IMG/VR virus record: IMGVR_UViG_3300046794_000311 | Location: 21,748 to 85,747 of that record | Direction: 5' to 3' (one strand) | Length of the DNA: 64,000 nucleotides | DNA from: a virus | Shown here: positions 18,271 through 27,579 of the stretch, piece by piece | How positions within the stretch are numbered: position 1 is the first letter of the stretch | How the letters are laid out: each line of letters begins with the position of its first letter | Notes under the pieces: model-generated | What the model saw: only the letters and a program-made list of their open reading frames with translations | What the model was told of the DNA's origin: nothing | Databases searched by the model: none | Position numbers and translations under genes: made by a program

Positions 18271-18344
18271 TCTGGACGGCAGGATTCGAACCTGCGACCC
18301 CCTGAATCCAAATCAGGCGCGCTACCGGGCTGCGCTACGTCCAG
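18271..18344 (-). tRNA. tRNA-Pro(TGG)
   Basis: CTGGACG/CGTCCAG acceptor; CCTGA-TTTGGAT-TCAGG; GCAGG-TTCGAAT-CCTGC. Confidence 0.92.
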
Positions 18345-18419
18345 AAGTTGATGGCTTCACATTACGGTATCAGGGATAGGGCTTGTCAACCCCATTGAGC
18401 AACTAGCTTGCGTTGGGAG

Positions 18420-18740
18420 AGAGTGTTCCCCGCCGGGTCTTACGCCTCGCTTGGGGTAGCGGGCCAAGGGGCTGCCCTAGCGGGCGGGGAACAGGAAGCG
18501 GCCGAGGCAGAACGCCTGCAAGGCCGGGATGAGCGCGGGCATGCTGCCGGAGGGGAGGTGGTTCCCCTGGCCCGGCCGTCGCTCGCTCATCGTGTTCATG
18601 CATCCTTTTTACAGGATCACGGTTACGGCTTTGTAATCCGAGGCCACTGCCCCGACGCCTCGCGCGAGGCGGGGGGTAGGGCACTGTCCTGGACAGCGAA
18701 AAGGGCCGGGGGACGCCGTTGTCCCTCCGACCCTTGCTGT
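18420..18740. ncRNA. Candidate structured non-coding element
   Basis: Consecutive hairpins (11-bp 18424-18434/18483-18493; 8-bp 18528-18535/18584-18591; others); no convincing ORF. Confidence 0.35.
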
Positions 18741-18752
18741 GTCAGATGAAAG

Positions 18753-19127
18753 CTACTTGTGCGCGGCCTCGAACTCCTGGATGTACGACTTGGGGATCCG
18801 CCCCGTGGAGGAGATCTCCCGGCCCTGCTCCTTCAGCCACTGGCGCACGTCGGCAGCGGTGAAGGTCTGACCACCCTTGCCCCGGATGGCCTTGAGCACC
18901 TGCGTACCCACGCGCTTCTCGGTGTTGTGCGCGATCGAGGTGAACGGGTTCAGGGACTCCACGAGAAGCTGCTGATGCTCATCGCATAGGTCCATGAAAT
19001 ACCTCGTTGTCCCGTACGTGATGGCCGTGGCCTCGTTGTCCGGCACGTCCTGGCCACAGGTCTCCATCTTGCGACCGCGCTTCACCTTGAAGTCGCAGAA
19101 CTTGTCGACGCTGACTCGCTCACCCAT
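18753..19127 (-). CDS. lsr2: Lsr2-like nucleoid-associated protein
   Basis: RYFMDLCDEH...L N-domain; ADVRQWLKEQG.EISSTGRIPK C-terminal AT-hook-like DNA-binding domain. Confidence 0.85.
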   Translation of the reverse strand: MGERVSVDKFCDFKVKRGRKMETCGQDVPDNEATAITYGTTRYFMDLCDEHQQLLVESLNPFTSIAHNTEKRVGTQVLKAIRGKGGQTFTAADVRQWLKEQGREISSTGRIPKSYIQEFEAAHK

Positions 19128-19252
19128 GTGATCCACTCCTTAAACGGCCTCGCCGTCGGCGCAGCGATCGGCACGATGACTATGTTGGTCATCGACCAGG
19201 CTGTTGTCAAGCGACTGCCGTCACACGCTCGACAAGGCCGTTCCAGGAACAC

Positions 19253-20116
19253 CTATTTAAGAAGGGTTTCAACCGGCGCCAGGACGTTGTGAACGACCTC
19301 CTGAACAGCGCCCCTGCCCTCATCGGGTACGGAAGGGGCCGTGCGCAGCGGGGTGGTCTTCGCCACTGTCCCGGACGGAGTAGGCGAGGCTGGCGCCGTG
19401 TTCTTGGGCTTCGACGTGTCCTTCTTGGGCTTCCCCGAAGGGTTCGAAAGGTGGTTTCCGATCACCTTCCGGTGCTTGCCGACGTAGGAGCCGGGCTTCT
19501 CTACCGTCGGCGAGGTGGTCACCTTCGCGTGCCTGACCGCGTCCTGATACGCGGATCTTGTCGGCCGAAAGGTGTTGTGGGTGGGGGTGGGGGTTGCCGT
19601 CGGCACGGGCAGGTCGTCGCTGGCTATGTCCGGCTGGTCCATCGTGGGCTTGTGGCGGTGGTCCCACTGGTCCAAGGCAGCTTCAGTGGTCATACCAACG
19701 ACAAAGGGGGCTAGGGACGCGACCAGCGTGAGCATGGTGCGCCGGTACAGGGGCTTGGGCCTACGGGGCCTCTTCGCCCGGCGCGAACGCGGCTTCGGGG
19801 CGGGGTCAGGCTGCTTCACCAGCGCGGGATCATCCTCGCGCAACCAGTAGACGAACTCCTGCTGCTCCGGATCCCATCCGAAGTTCAGCACGCCCTCATC
19901 GACCAGGGCCATCAGTTCGGTGTCGACCTCGTCGGGCTCCTGGAGGCCGTAGAAGTCGGGGATGGCGTGCTCATGCGGCACGTCTTCCTTGTGACGTACG
20001 TGCGGCTCGCTCGCCGCTTCTGGGGGCATGGGAGGCTCCCCCGCAAATCTGTGACGCAGCTCTCGGACGTCCTGCTCCCCGGTGTCGTCACGTCCGTCGC
20101 GCCTGATTGTGTTCAT
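19253..20116 (-). CDS. Membrane-anchored Pro/Thr-rich hypothetical protein
   Basis: Central TM segment, low-complexity C-terminus; start uncertain. Confidence 0.55.
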   Translation of the reverse strand: MNTIRRDGRDDTGEQDVRELRHRFAGEPPMPPEAASEPHVRHKEDVPHEHAIPDFYGLQEPDEVDTELMALVDEGVLNFGWDPEQQEFVYWLREDDPALVKQPDPAPKPRSRRAKRPRRPKPLYRRTMLTLVASLAPFVVGMTTEAALDQWDHRHKPTMDQPDIASDDLPVPTATPTPTHNTFRPTRSAYQDAVRHAKVTTSPTVEKPGSYVGKHRKVIGNHLSNPSGKPKKDTSKPKNTAPASPTPSGTVAKTTPLRTAPSVPDEGRGAVQEVVHNVLAPVETLLK

Positions 20117-20605
20117 GTCCCTTGTAAACCCCTCCAGCAACGCGCCCCCCGCGATGGCTGTGGGGCGCGTGAAGACACATGGCCCTGGCCAAATCCCAAC
20201 CCTGGGCGCTGAGTTTCGTGCTTCGCGGTAGGCAAAGACCTCGGGGATCAGCATGTGGAGAAACGGTGGATGGCCAGTGCATGGAACCTAACATCCAGTG
20301 ATCGGAGAGCACACCCCCCGGGCAAGTTACGCAACTCAGTTTCTTTACCCTCCCATGACCGTACGGGCAGGTTGCGTTTACTTAAACCCTCAACAGATGC
20401 CGGACCACTGCGCAGCAATCCGCGCAAAGTAGACACCTAAACAATCTGTTGCTGTGAGGCACGTCACACAGTCAATTCTGGGCATTCGGCCAGGTTGTAG
20501 ATCATTATCGTCAAGCATCGGCCGGACACAACTTGACCCCATCACGGATTTACCGTAATGGGGTCAGGCGCCAGGCTATGTCAAGTCATTTGCCTCAGAG
20601 GCAAC

Positions 20606-21529
20606 TCAGAAGTTTCCGGGCGCCACCTGAAGGACTCGCAAGCCGAGATTGCGCCACATGTCGACCACCTGGTTGCGGTCGTCGAGGACCAGCCAGACGT
20701 TGTACCGGCCCAGGATCTCCTGCCGGTAGATCTCCTCCTTCACGATCGAGTCCTTGCGCATGTCGTACTCGGATCGCATCAGCAGCGGCGACAGGGAGGT
20801 CCAGTCCCCCACGTGCTGCACCAGCCAGGCCCGGGTCTTCTTGTAGGCCCTCGCGTCGCGGCCGGAGACGAAGATGATCTCGGCGCCAGCGTCCCGCAGC
20901 GTGTTCACCAGGTCGACGACGTCCTGGTGTGCCTCGTCCTCGTCCACGCGGTCCCAGTCGAAGGGACTGCGGTCGGCCATCTTGGCCAGCGTTCCGTCCA
21001 GGTCCACCAGAACGGCGTGAGGGCGGCCCTGGATGTACTCCGGCGGGTCGGCGGGCTTCGGGGCCAGGTACTTCTCGTACATGTCCCTGATGACCTTCTC
21101 GCCGACGCTCTTCTCCCGCTTCAGGTCGCGGCGGACGCAGGTATTAAGCGGGACGTCGGTGAAGTCCTTGACGAAGAACCGGGCACCTTCCTCCTCCGCG
21201 ATCTTCGCCAGCCGCTCCTCGTGGAACGGGTTGAGGTTGGTGTCGGCGACGATCACGGAGACGCCCTGGAGCAGGAACGTCTTCACCAGCGCGTCGCGGG
21301 CCTTGACGACCTGGCGCTCGTGCTTGCCGTGGAAGCGGTCGGCGTGCAGCATCGCCCGCAGGTCGTCCTTGCACACGACGACGGCGCCGCCCGGGACAGC
21401 CTTGAGCACCTGCTCCCGGGCCCACGTCGTCTTGCCCGAGCCCGGCAGGCCCTTGGTCATGGTCAGCGTCGTCACGGGCTTCTCCTTGGTCTTCTTCGGT
21501 CCGCAGCACTGGCACTTCAGCAGGCTCAT
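20606..21529 (-). CDS. Polynucleotide kinase/3'-phosphatase (T4 PseT-like)
   Basis: P-loop GLPGSGKTT, DDLR, DTNL; HAD DLDGT, VSGR, LDDR. Confidence 0.92.
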   Translation of the reverse strand: MSLLKCQCCGPKKTKEKPVTTLTMTKGLPGSGKTTWAREQVLKAVPGGAVVVCKDDLRAMLHADRFHGKHERQVVKARDALVKTFLLQGVSVIVADTNLNPFHEERLAKIAEEEGARFFVKDFTDVPLNTCVRRDLKREKSVGEKVIRDMYEKYLAPKPADPPEYIQGRPHAVLVDLDGTLAKMADRSPFDWDRVDEDEAHQDVVDLVNTLRDAGAEIIFVSGRDARAYKKTRAWLVQHVGDWTSLSPLLMRSEYDMRKDSIVKEEIYRQEILGRYNVWLVLDDRNQVVDMWRNLGLRVLQVAPGNF

Positions 21530-21825
21530 CGACAGCACCCGTCGCAGCCGTGCAGGCCCTCGTAGGGGTGGTAGTCCACGCCCTGCATCAGCCGCTTGTA
21601 GTCGAGGTCGTCCGGGTCGGGGTGACCGACACCGTGGGGGCACATCCGCTCCATCAGCGCGCGGTCCATACGGAAGTGCTGGGGCCAGTCGGCCATGTGG
21701 TGATCGGAGGGGTTGTGTACGCAGCAGTGGCGGCCGATGCAGTCCTTGCGGGGGTGGGCGAGGAGTCGTTCCCCGCCCACCAGTTCCGCCGCCTCGAACC
21801 AGCCGCCGAGGTCGTCGGGCTCCAT
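21526..21825 (-). CDS. Cys/His-rich hypothetical protein
   Basis: HCCVHNPSDHHM...CPHGVGHPDPD...HGCDGCC. Confidence 0.65.
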   Translation of the reverse strand: MEPDDLGGWFEAAELVGGERLLAHPRKDCIGRHCCVHNPSDHHMADWPQHFRMDRALMERMCPHGVGHPDPDDLDYKRLMQGVDYHPYEGLHGCDGCCR

Positions 21826-22928
21826 CAGGCCGCGTCCTCCGAGAGCGTCTGGAACGGCTTCTCGTACGTCGGCCGGACCCGCTTCCAGACGTCGGCCGTG
21901 ATGTCCTTGCCGTCGTAGAGACGGAACAGGACGCCCGGGTACGGAGTCTCCTGGGCCAGCAGCGCGAACTCCTTGCGCCGCTTCTTCACGTCCACCTCGG
22001 GCCGACGCAGACGGCGCGTGATCCAGTCGAAGTCGTCCTGGATGCCGTCGTAGGCCCGCTTGTAGTCGCCCTCCAGCCGGTGCACCTGCTGATGAACCCA
22101 CGTGTAGAACTCGTCCGGCACGCGGTCGATCCAGGAGTCGATGCCCTGCCCGTTGGCCAGCGCGTCCCACACGGAGAGGGTGGAGACGTTCGTCAGGATC
22201 CGGTGCAGGCGGATGTACTCGTCGTACTTGAACTTCACCCGGCGGTCGCTCCAGGGGAAGCGGACGACGAAGCCCTCGTGGTTCTTCTCCTGAATCCGCA
22301 TCGCTTCGAGGACGTCGACCATCGTCTGGAAGGAGAGCGGGCGGGTCACCGGGCCCTGCCAGTCGTAGGAAGCGGACGGCAGCGTCTTGCCGGTCGTGGT
22401 GTCGATGACCGCGAGCAGGACCAGGTCGTCCCGCCCCTTGTAGTCGACGACGATCCGGTTCTCCGGGTAGATGATCTCGAAGAGATAGGTCAGGCCCAGA
22501 ATCGGCTCGAAGGTCGGGTACCGCTCGTGCAGGACCTTCGTGGCGTGCTGGGCCTGGGGGCTGGTGAAGGAGCCACGCGACGCTATCGCGTGCTCCCCGG
22601 TATTAAGCCCGTACAGGATGCCCAGGGAGCCGTCCCACTTGATGTACCCCTCGACCGGCTGCTGGAGCAGCGTCGAGTGCAGGTGCGGGACCTGCTCCCA
22701 GTTGAAGAACTTCCTGAACGGCCGGGAGACGACCTCCCCGGTGTGGCTGTTGACGATCAGTCCTCGCGTCTGCTCGGTGACGTCGTTCCACAGACCGTCG
22801 AACTGGGTCTTGTTCGTGTAGTTGTAGATGGTCAGCGGCTCGGTGGGGTGGTTCTGCTTGCGGACGTAGCCCTGGTCGAGCATGTCCTGGAGCAGGCTCG
22901 CCGACATGATGCTGAGCAGGTTCGTCAA
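21825..22928 (-). CDS. T4 Rnl1-like RNA ligase
   Basis: YNY, RGLIV, RPFRKFFN, KWDGSL (motif I), SRGSF, EGFVV, VKFK. Confidence 0.92.
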   Translation of the reverse strand: MTNLLSIMSASLLQDMLDQGYVRKQNHPTEPLTIYNYTNKTQFDGLWNDVTEQTRGLIVNSHTGEVVSRPFRKFFNWEQVPHLHSTLLQQPVEGYIKWDGSLGILYGLNTGEHAIASRGSFTSPQAQHATKVLHERYPTFEPILGLTYLFEIIYPENRIVVDYKGRDDLVLLAVIDTTTGKTLPSASYDWQGPVTRPLSFQTMVDVLEAMRIQEKNHEGFVVRFPWSDRRVKFKYDEYIRLHRILTNVSTLSVWDALANGQGIDSWIDRVPDEFYTWVHQQVHRLEGDYKRAYDGIQDDFDWITRRLRRPEVDVKKRRKEFALLAQETPYPGVLFRLYDGKDITADVWKRVRPTYEKPFQTLSEDAA

Positions 22929-22951
22929 GGTGTCCTCCGGGGTGTGGTGGG

Positions 22952-23179
22952 TCAGAGACGCTGGTCGAGGGCCGCGACGACGCGCTTGGCGAAGGTCTCG
23001 TAGAACTCCTCGGGCAGGTGGTCGATGGCGAACCACTTCTTGGCCTCAAGGACGACGATGTCGACGGCCTCCTGGCGCTTCTCTCCCTGGCGCCGCAGCC
23101 AGTCCTGGGCGGCACTCTCGTGGGGGATGGCCAGGTGGCCGAGGTTCATGAGGGGGCGGTCATCCTGCTTCGCGGTCAT
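22952..23179 (-). CDS. Hypothetical protein
   Basis: 75-aa ORF in operon. Confidence 0.55.
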   Translation of the reverse strand: MTAKQDDRPLMNLGHLAIPHESAAQDWLRRQGEKRQEAVDIVVLEAKKWFAIDHLPEEFYETFAKRVVAALDQRL

Positions 23180-23181
23180 GT

Positions 23182-23586
23182 TCAGCCCTTCTTCGCGGCC
23201 TTCTTGGCCTTCTTCGCCTTCTTGGCGGCCTTCTTGTCACGCTTGTCGAGGTCGGTCTCGACGTCGCTCAGCGCCTCGTCGAGCTTCTGGACGAAGAGGA
23301 GGACGGCACCCTTGAGGCGGTCCGCCTTCGCGCGAGCGTTCTCCAGGTCCTTGCGGAGCTGTTCGCGGTCCTGCTCGGTGGTCGTCCCGCCGTAGACACC
23401 GAAGTCGAGCGTCACGCTGCGGGTGCAGTCCTGGATCTGGAGGGTGGCCCCGAAGTCCAGGTAGCTGTCGCTGTCGTCTCCGTCGGTGATCTCCGCGAGC
23501 ACCGCGCCGAGGCCGTGGTGGCCCTGGTTGTTCAGGAACTCGCGGATGTAGAGGCGGCGCTGCTCGTCGGTGATGGCGGTGCTCAT
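23182..23586 (-). CDS. Hypothetical protein with Lys/Ala tail
   Basis: GAGGAG RBS; promoter upstream. Confidence 0.65.
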   Translation of the reverse strand: MSTAITDEQRRLYIREFLNNQGHHGLGAVLAEITDGDDSDSYLDFGATLQIQDCTRSVTLDFGVYGGTTTEQDREQLRKDLENARAKADRLKGAVLLFVQKLDEALSDVETDLDKRDKKAAKKAKKAKKAAKKG

Positions 23587-23637
23587 GCGGTGCTCCTCGG
23601 CTCTGCGGCGGTTCTTCGGGTTACCCCGACAGAGAGA

Positions 23638-23675
23638 AACCTATAACGAAGAAGCCGTAATCTCAAGCCCGTAAT
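23638..23675 (-). promoter_or_regulatory. Promoter overlapped by two ATTACGG operator half-sites
   Basis: TTGAGA-17-TAGGTT; ATTACGGCTT in the spacer and ATTACGGG just upstream of -35. Confidence 0.65.
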
Positions 23676-23890
23676 CGTGAATCTGTTCAAGGGAACCCGT
23701 ATGGCGTGGGTCACACTTTCGAGTGGTTGCGCGGACATGCAAAAGACCCCCGCCGTAGCAGGGGCCTTCGCAGGTCAGGTCAGTGTCCGGACGCCACCAG
23801 GAGGGCGTGTCCGACGTAGATGGCCGCAGCCGCGTCCAGCGTCAGAGCCGCGATCCAGACGGCGTCAGGAACGTCTCGAAGCCACTTCAC

Positions 23891-24544
23891 TCAGATCTTC
23901 CTTACGTAGTTGATGAAGTCCTGGAGCCGGTCCGTACGCGGCTGCGCCGGGAGGATGCCGACCCGGTCGTTGAAGACGTCGAACGCCTTCCAGAACTCCT
24001 TCTCGATCTGGTCGGCCGACATGTCGTCGAACGCCCAGTAGAACTCCGGGTCTGGCACGCGGACGGTGAGCGTGCCGTACTCCAGCAGTTGCTGGCCCTG
24101 CCGCAGCAGCCGGAAGCAGTGCCGGGCGTGCTTGGCCACCCGCTTCTGCCTGCCGTCGTTGGCCAGCTCCTGCTTGATCCGCTTGATCTGCCCCATGGCG
24201 TAGCCGCCGTACGCGGAGCGCACATAGGGCTCAGAGAGGAAGTCCTCGCGGATGTCGACCAGCCACTCCCCCTCCCAGGACTGCTCCTCGTACTCCTCCA
24301 GGTACATCAGGTCCATGATCGTCGGGTTGCACTTCAGCGCGAGGCCCACGTACTTGCCGACCTCGTGCAGGGAGACGTCCGGGTCCTTCGTGACCAGCGA
24401 GTCCTGATGCCTGGCCCCAATGCGGAAGAACTCCGGAGTCGGACGGATGAAGATGCCCAGCCGGTCGATGTCCGAGCCGGGCCGAGCAAGGCCGAAGGCA
24501 GTGCTGCCCACGACCCCGCTCAGCAGAATGTTCGGCGTCCCCAT
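23891..24544 (-). CDS. Pol-beta-family nucleotidyltransferase (RlaP/PF10127-like)
   Basis: VGSTAFGL...SDIDRLG, KCNPT, KHARHCFRLL. Confidence 0.85.
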   Translation of the reverse strand: MGTPNILLSGVVGSTAFGLARPGSDIDRLGIFIRPTPEFFRIGARHQDSLVTKDPDVSLHEVGKYVGLALKCNPTIMDLMYLEEYEEQSWEGEWLVDIREDFLSEPYVRSAYGGYAMGQIKRIKQELANDGRQKRVAKHARHCFRLLRQGQQLLEYGTLTVRVPDPEFYWAFDDMSADQIEKEFWKAFDVFNDRVGILPAQPRTDRLQDFINYVRKI

Positions 24545-24999
24545 CAGAACCAGTACGCCTCGGACGGGTCGTCAGCGCGGCCGTCCTCCTCGTAGCGCTC
24601 GGCGGCCTCCTCGTACGTCTCCAGGGCCTCCTCCACGGCCCGGCCCCACGACATACCCGCGTCCTGCTCGGACTGCACGATCTCCAGCAGCGCCCGCGTC
24701 TCGTTGTCCGCCTTGATGAACTTGGTGTCCACCAGCGTCCCCGCCGACGCGTAGACGTTCTTGTCCTGGGCGGACATGGCGTCGAAGGTGATGCCCTTGT
24801 ACGACAGCACCTGGCCGACGATGCACGACGGCGCCTTCGTCTCGGGGTCGAAGTACGCACACAGCGCCGACCCGCCGATGGTGAGCATCGTGTACGTGTA
24901 GTCGGCGCCCCGCTCCTCGACCGCACGGGCCAGGAGGGTCTTCGCCTCGTCCAGGGTGATCTCTACGGCCGCCGGGGCGACCGAGGTATTAAGCGTCAT
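24544..24999 (-). CDS. Hypothetical protein
   Basis: 151 aa; N-terminus MTLNTSVAPAAV nearly identical to the ThyX N-terminus. Confidence 0.7.
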   Translation of the reverse strand: MTLNTSVAPAAVEITLDEAKTLLARAVEERGADYTYTMLTIGGSALCAYFDPETKAPSCIVGQVLSYKGITFDAMSAQDKNVYASAGTLVDTKFIKADNETRALLEIVQSEQDAGMSWGRAVEEALETYEEAAERYEEDGRADDPSEAYWF

Positions 25000-25126
25000 G
25001 GTGGTGCCTTTCAGGAGCAGTCGAACTCGGGGTCGGTGTCGGCGGTCTCGGTGGTGAAGTCGTTGATCTCGTCGATGATGATCAGGTCCGTGTCGATTCC
25101 CATGTACTCCAGCAGGGACTGAAGGC

Positions 25127-25363
25127 TCACAGGCCCAGCACCTCCTTCAGGCGCTTGCCGAACTCGTTGACGGTCTCTTCGCGCAGCCGGTCTTCGTGCA
25201 TGTTGTAGTCCTCCTCGTCGTCTCCCTTGCGCTCCAGGAGGACGACGTCGCCGATGGAGATGGTGCAGGTGAACTCGCGGTAGCCGGACCATCCGGCGCT
25301 CTTCCAGGACTCCGTCGTGACGACCTGGATCAGCGGTAGGGGTATCTCGATGGAGTCGGACAC
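25127..25363 (-). CDS. Hypothetical protein
   Basis: GGAGG RBS before GTG. Confidence 0.55.
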   Translation of the reverse strand: MSDSIEIPLPLIQVVTTESWKSAGWSGYREFTCTISIGDVVLLERKGDDEEDYNMHEDRLREETVNEFGKRLKEVLGL

Positions 25364-25413
25364 AGGTCCTCCAGGGTGGGGGCGGGGCCCGGCGAACCGA
25401 GCCCCGCGAGCTG

Positions 25414-26100
25414 TCACAGAGACGAAGGGTCGAACAGGTTGCGGCCGTCGGGGTCCTTCGAGACAGGGGTGAGCTTGCCCCGGTCGACCCACGTGCTGAT
25501 CGTGCTCGGCTTCACCTCAAGCAGCTCGGCCAACTGCTTGGCGGTGACCAGGGTGACCTCACCGCTGTCTCGCCGCTGTCTCAGCACCCCGGCGAGCCGG
25601 TGGAAGGTGAGTGCGGCCAGGTGCGTACCCAGCGCGATACAGATGGTCGGAGCGGCCGAGGCCAGGATCACGTGCCCCCACGTCGTCTTCGCGGACTGCC
25701 CCGTCACATGCGCGTACGCAGATCCGTGGGCGACGTTGAGAACGAGTGAGACAGCGGTGAGACCGACCACCGTGCCGATTGCCCACCGGTATCCCGGGGA
25801 GCCGACCAACGCCAGCGAGGCGACCACGCCCAGACCGTCCAGCCCGTCGATGACCAGGGGGTAGAACTCCCGGACCTCGTGCAGGCCGATGCCGTCTGCG
25901 GTGTCTCGAAGGGGCACCCAGCTCACCCGCATACCGACCAGCGCCACGAACGCCAGCGCCACCAGGATCATGGTGAACCCGATGACCAGACCGGTCGCGT
26001 GCAGGCCGTTAAGCGGCTGAGACGGGGGTGAGACAGGGTCTGTCTCAGTCTTGCTCGCGCGGTTCTCGCGCCAGCTCTGGATAGGCTTGGGGAGTCCCAT
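25414..26100 (-). CDS. DUF2637-like membrane protein with C-terminal HTH
   Basis: Four TM segments, YPLVIDG, SLVLNVAH; VTAKQLAELLEVKPSTISTWVDRGKL HTH. Confidence 0.7.
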   Translation of the reverse strand: MGLPKPIQSWRENRASKTETDPVSPPSQPLNGLHATGLVIGFTMILVALAFVALVGMRVSWVPLRDTADGIGLHEVREFYPLVIDGLDGLGVVASLALVGSPGYRWAIGTVVGLTAVSLVLNVAHGSAYAHVTGQSAKTTWGHVILASAAPTICIALGTHLAALTFHRLAGVLRQRRDSGEVTLVTAKQLAELLEVKPSTISTWVDRGKLTPVSKDPDGRNLFDPSSL

Positions 26101-26271
26101 GGAGAGACGACACCTCTCGTGGTGGGACAGGTGCCCGGTAGGTTCGCCGCCTGCCGGGCACCCGAATACCCGGGTTAGGTATTAAGCCGAACCACTTCCG
26201 TCTCCTCTCTGTCTCAGGCCGGGACAGCTCCCGGTATCGGTTGATCACTCTTCTCTCGAAGTCGTTCAGGC

Positions 26272-26634
26272 TCAGCGGCCGACCACCTCCGCTCGTACTG
26301 CGTTGCCCGAGGACGGGTGGATCACGAGACTGCTGCTCGCGTGGATCTCCAGCCGCCTGTCCTCCTCCAGCCGCACCAGGAAGTACGACCAGAACCTCTC
26401 GCCGTCCCGCTTCCACCGGAACTCGATCGTCGGGTTGCCGTGCAGGTGCCGACGGTTCGCGCTGTACGGGTCGATGACCACAGCGGCGTCCTCCGGGCCC
26501 TCGTTCAGCAACTCGCGGGCCGTGGCCAGCTCCTGCTCCAGGCGCGCGATCTTCTCGTCCTTCGCGCGGACGCGGTCCTTGACCCACTTCGGCAGGCGCT
26601 CGAACCTCGGGTCCTCCGTCATCGGTGTGTTCAC
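26272..26634 (-). CDS. Hypothetical protein
   Basis: GTG overlapping the upstream TGA. Confidence 0.6.
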   Translation of the reverse strand: MNTPMTEDPRFERLPKWVKDRVRAKDEKIARLEQELATARELLNEGPEDAAVVIDPYSANRRHLHGNPTIEFRWKRDGERFWSYFLVRLEEDRRLEIHASSSLVIHPSSGNAVRAEVVGR

Positions 26635-26960
26635 CAGGTACCGCCCTTCTTGGCCTTCTCCCAGGCCGCCTTGGACACGCACACGTGCCCGGTCTTCTTG
26701 CCGTCCCGAAGGTCGAGGCGCCAGCACTCCGGGTCCGTCTGCGAGACGGGGATGTACATCGAGATCGTCGAGTAGCAGACCCGCGACGAACCCGATCCCG
26801 AGCACTGCGTGGTGTAGACCGGCTGCATGTACGTGTAGGTGTCCTCGGGCACGTACCGCTTGGCGGTGATCGTGCCGTGGTCGAGGTCCGACCCACAGCC
26901 GGTGAGGACGAGCGCCCCCGCGAGCGCGGCAGAAGCCGCGTAGGTATTAAGACGCTTCAC
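26631..26960 (-). CDS. Putative lipoprotein
   Basis: Lipobox LTGC after a hydrophobic signal. Confidence 0.7.
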   Translation of the reverse strand: MKRLNTYAASAALAGALVLTGCGSDLDHGTITAKRYVPEDTYTYMQPVYTTQCSGSGSSRVCYSTISMYIPVSQTDPECWRLDLRDGKKTGHVCVSKAAWEKAKKGGTW

Positions 26961-26975
26961 GATTTCCCCTTCTTC

Positions 26976-26998
26976 ATTACGGCTTCAGAAGCCGTAAT
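26976..26998. promoter_or_regulatory. Perfect 23-bp palindromic operator
   Basis: ATTACGGCTTC-A-GAAGCCGTAAT; related copies at 834, 8569, 28142, 33495, 36448, 50451. Confidence 0.75.
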
Positions 26999-27216
26999 CT
27001 ACCGGATCCGGCCCGGCCCGTCGACCCCCTATTTGGACGACGGACCGGACCGGGGCTTGAGCTAGCCCCTGTCGGCGCACTTCTCGCCGTTCGGGCACTC
27101 CTCGCGCGGGAAGCCGTCCCCGCACAGGCTCGGGTCGATACCGACCCCGGCCCCCAGCTCACCGAGTTCCAGCGGGCCCTCGTCGTGGACCCACTCGTCG
27201 ACCGGGTTCTCGTACA

Positions 27217-27579
27217 TCAGGCAGGCTCCTCGGAGAGATGGATTGCGTTGCTCTCAGCGAGGCCGCAGTACATGCAGCCCGCGTCCATGTCCCACGTCAG
27301 GTACTCGTCGTACCCGTGCGGGATCTGCTGCCAGAGCGTCAGCGGGTCGCCGTAGTTGGGGAAGTGGTTCTCGTTCGGCATCCCCAGGAACTCGGCCGAG
27401 AGACGTTCGATCTCGTTCGGCGGCCCCCACTTCTTGATGCCACCCTCGAACAGCACGAGGTGCCAGCCCTTACGCTCCCCGGTGGGGTCGTACTCCGACC
27501 ACTCGCGATCGACGATGCCGACCATTCCCCGCCAGCGGACGAGGTCGCCCCAGTAGGCGGTCGGGCAGTGCTTGCTCAT
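27217..27579 (-). CDS. Hypothetical protein
   Basis: ATGA coupling with the upstream gene. Confidence 0.55.
   Translation of the reverse strand: MSKHCPTAYWGDLVRWRGMVGIVDREWSEYDPTGERKGWHLVLFEGGIKKWGPPNEIERLSAEFLGMPNENHFPNYGDPLTLWQQIPHGYDEYLTWDMDAGCMYCGLAESNAIHLSEEPA

Noticed and set aside
26178-26186. CTTAATAC motif as a bldA (TTA codon) control device
   Set aside because: Only this copy places TTA in frame; the other 21 read CTT-AAT-ACN.
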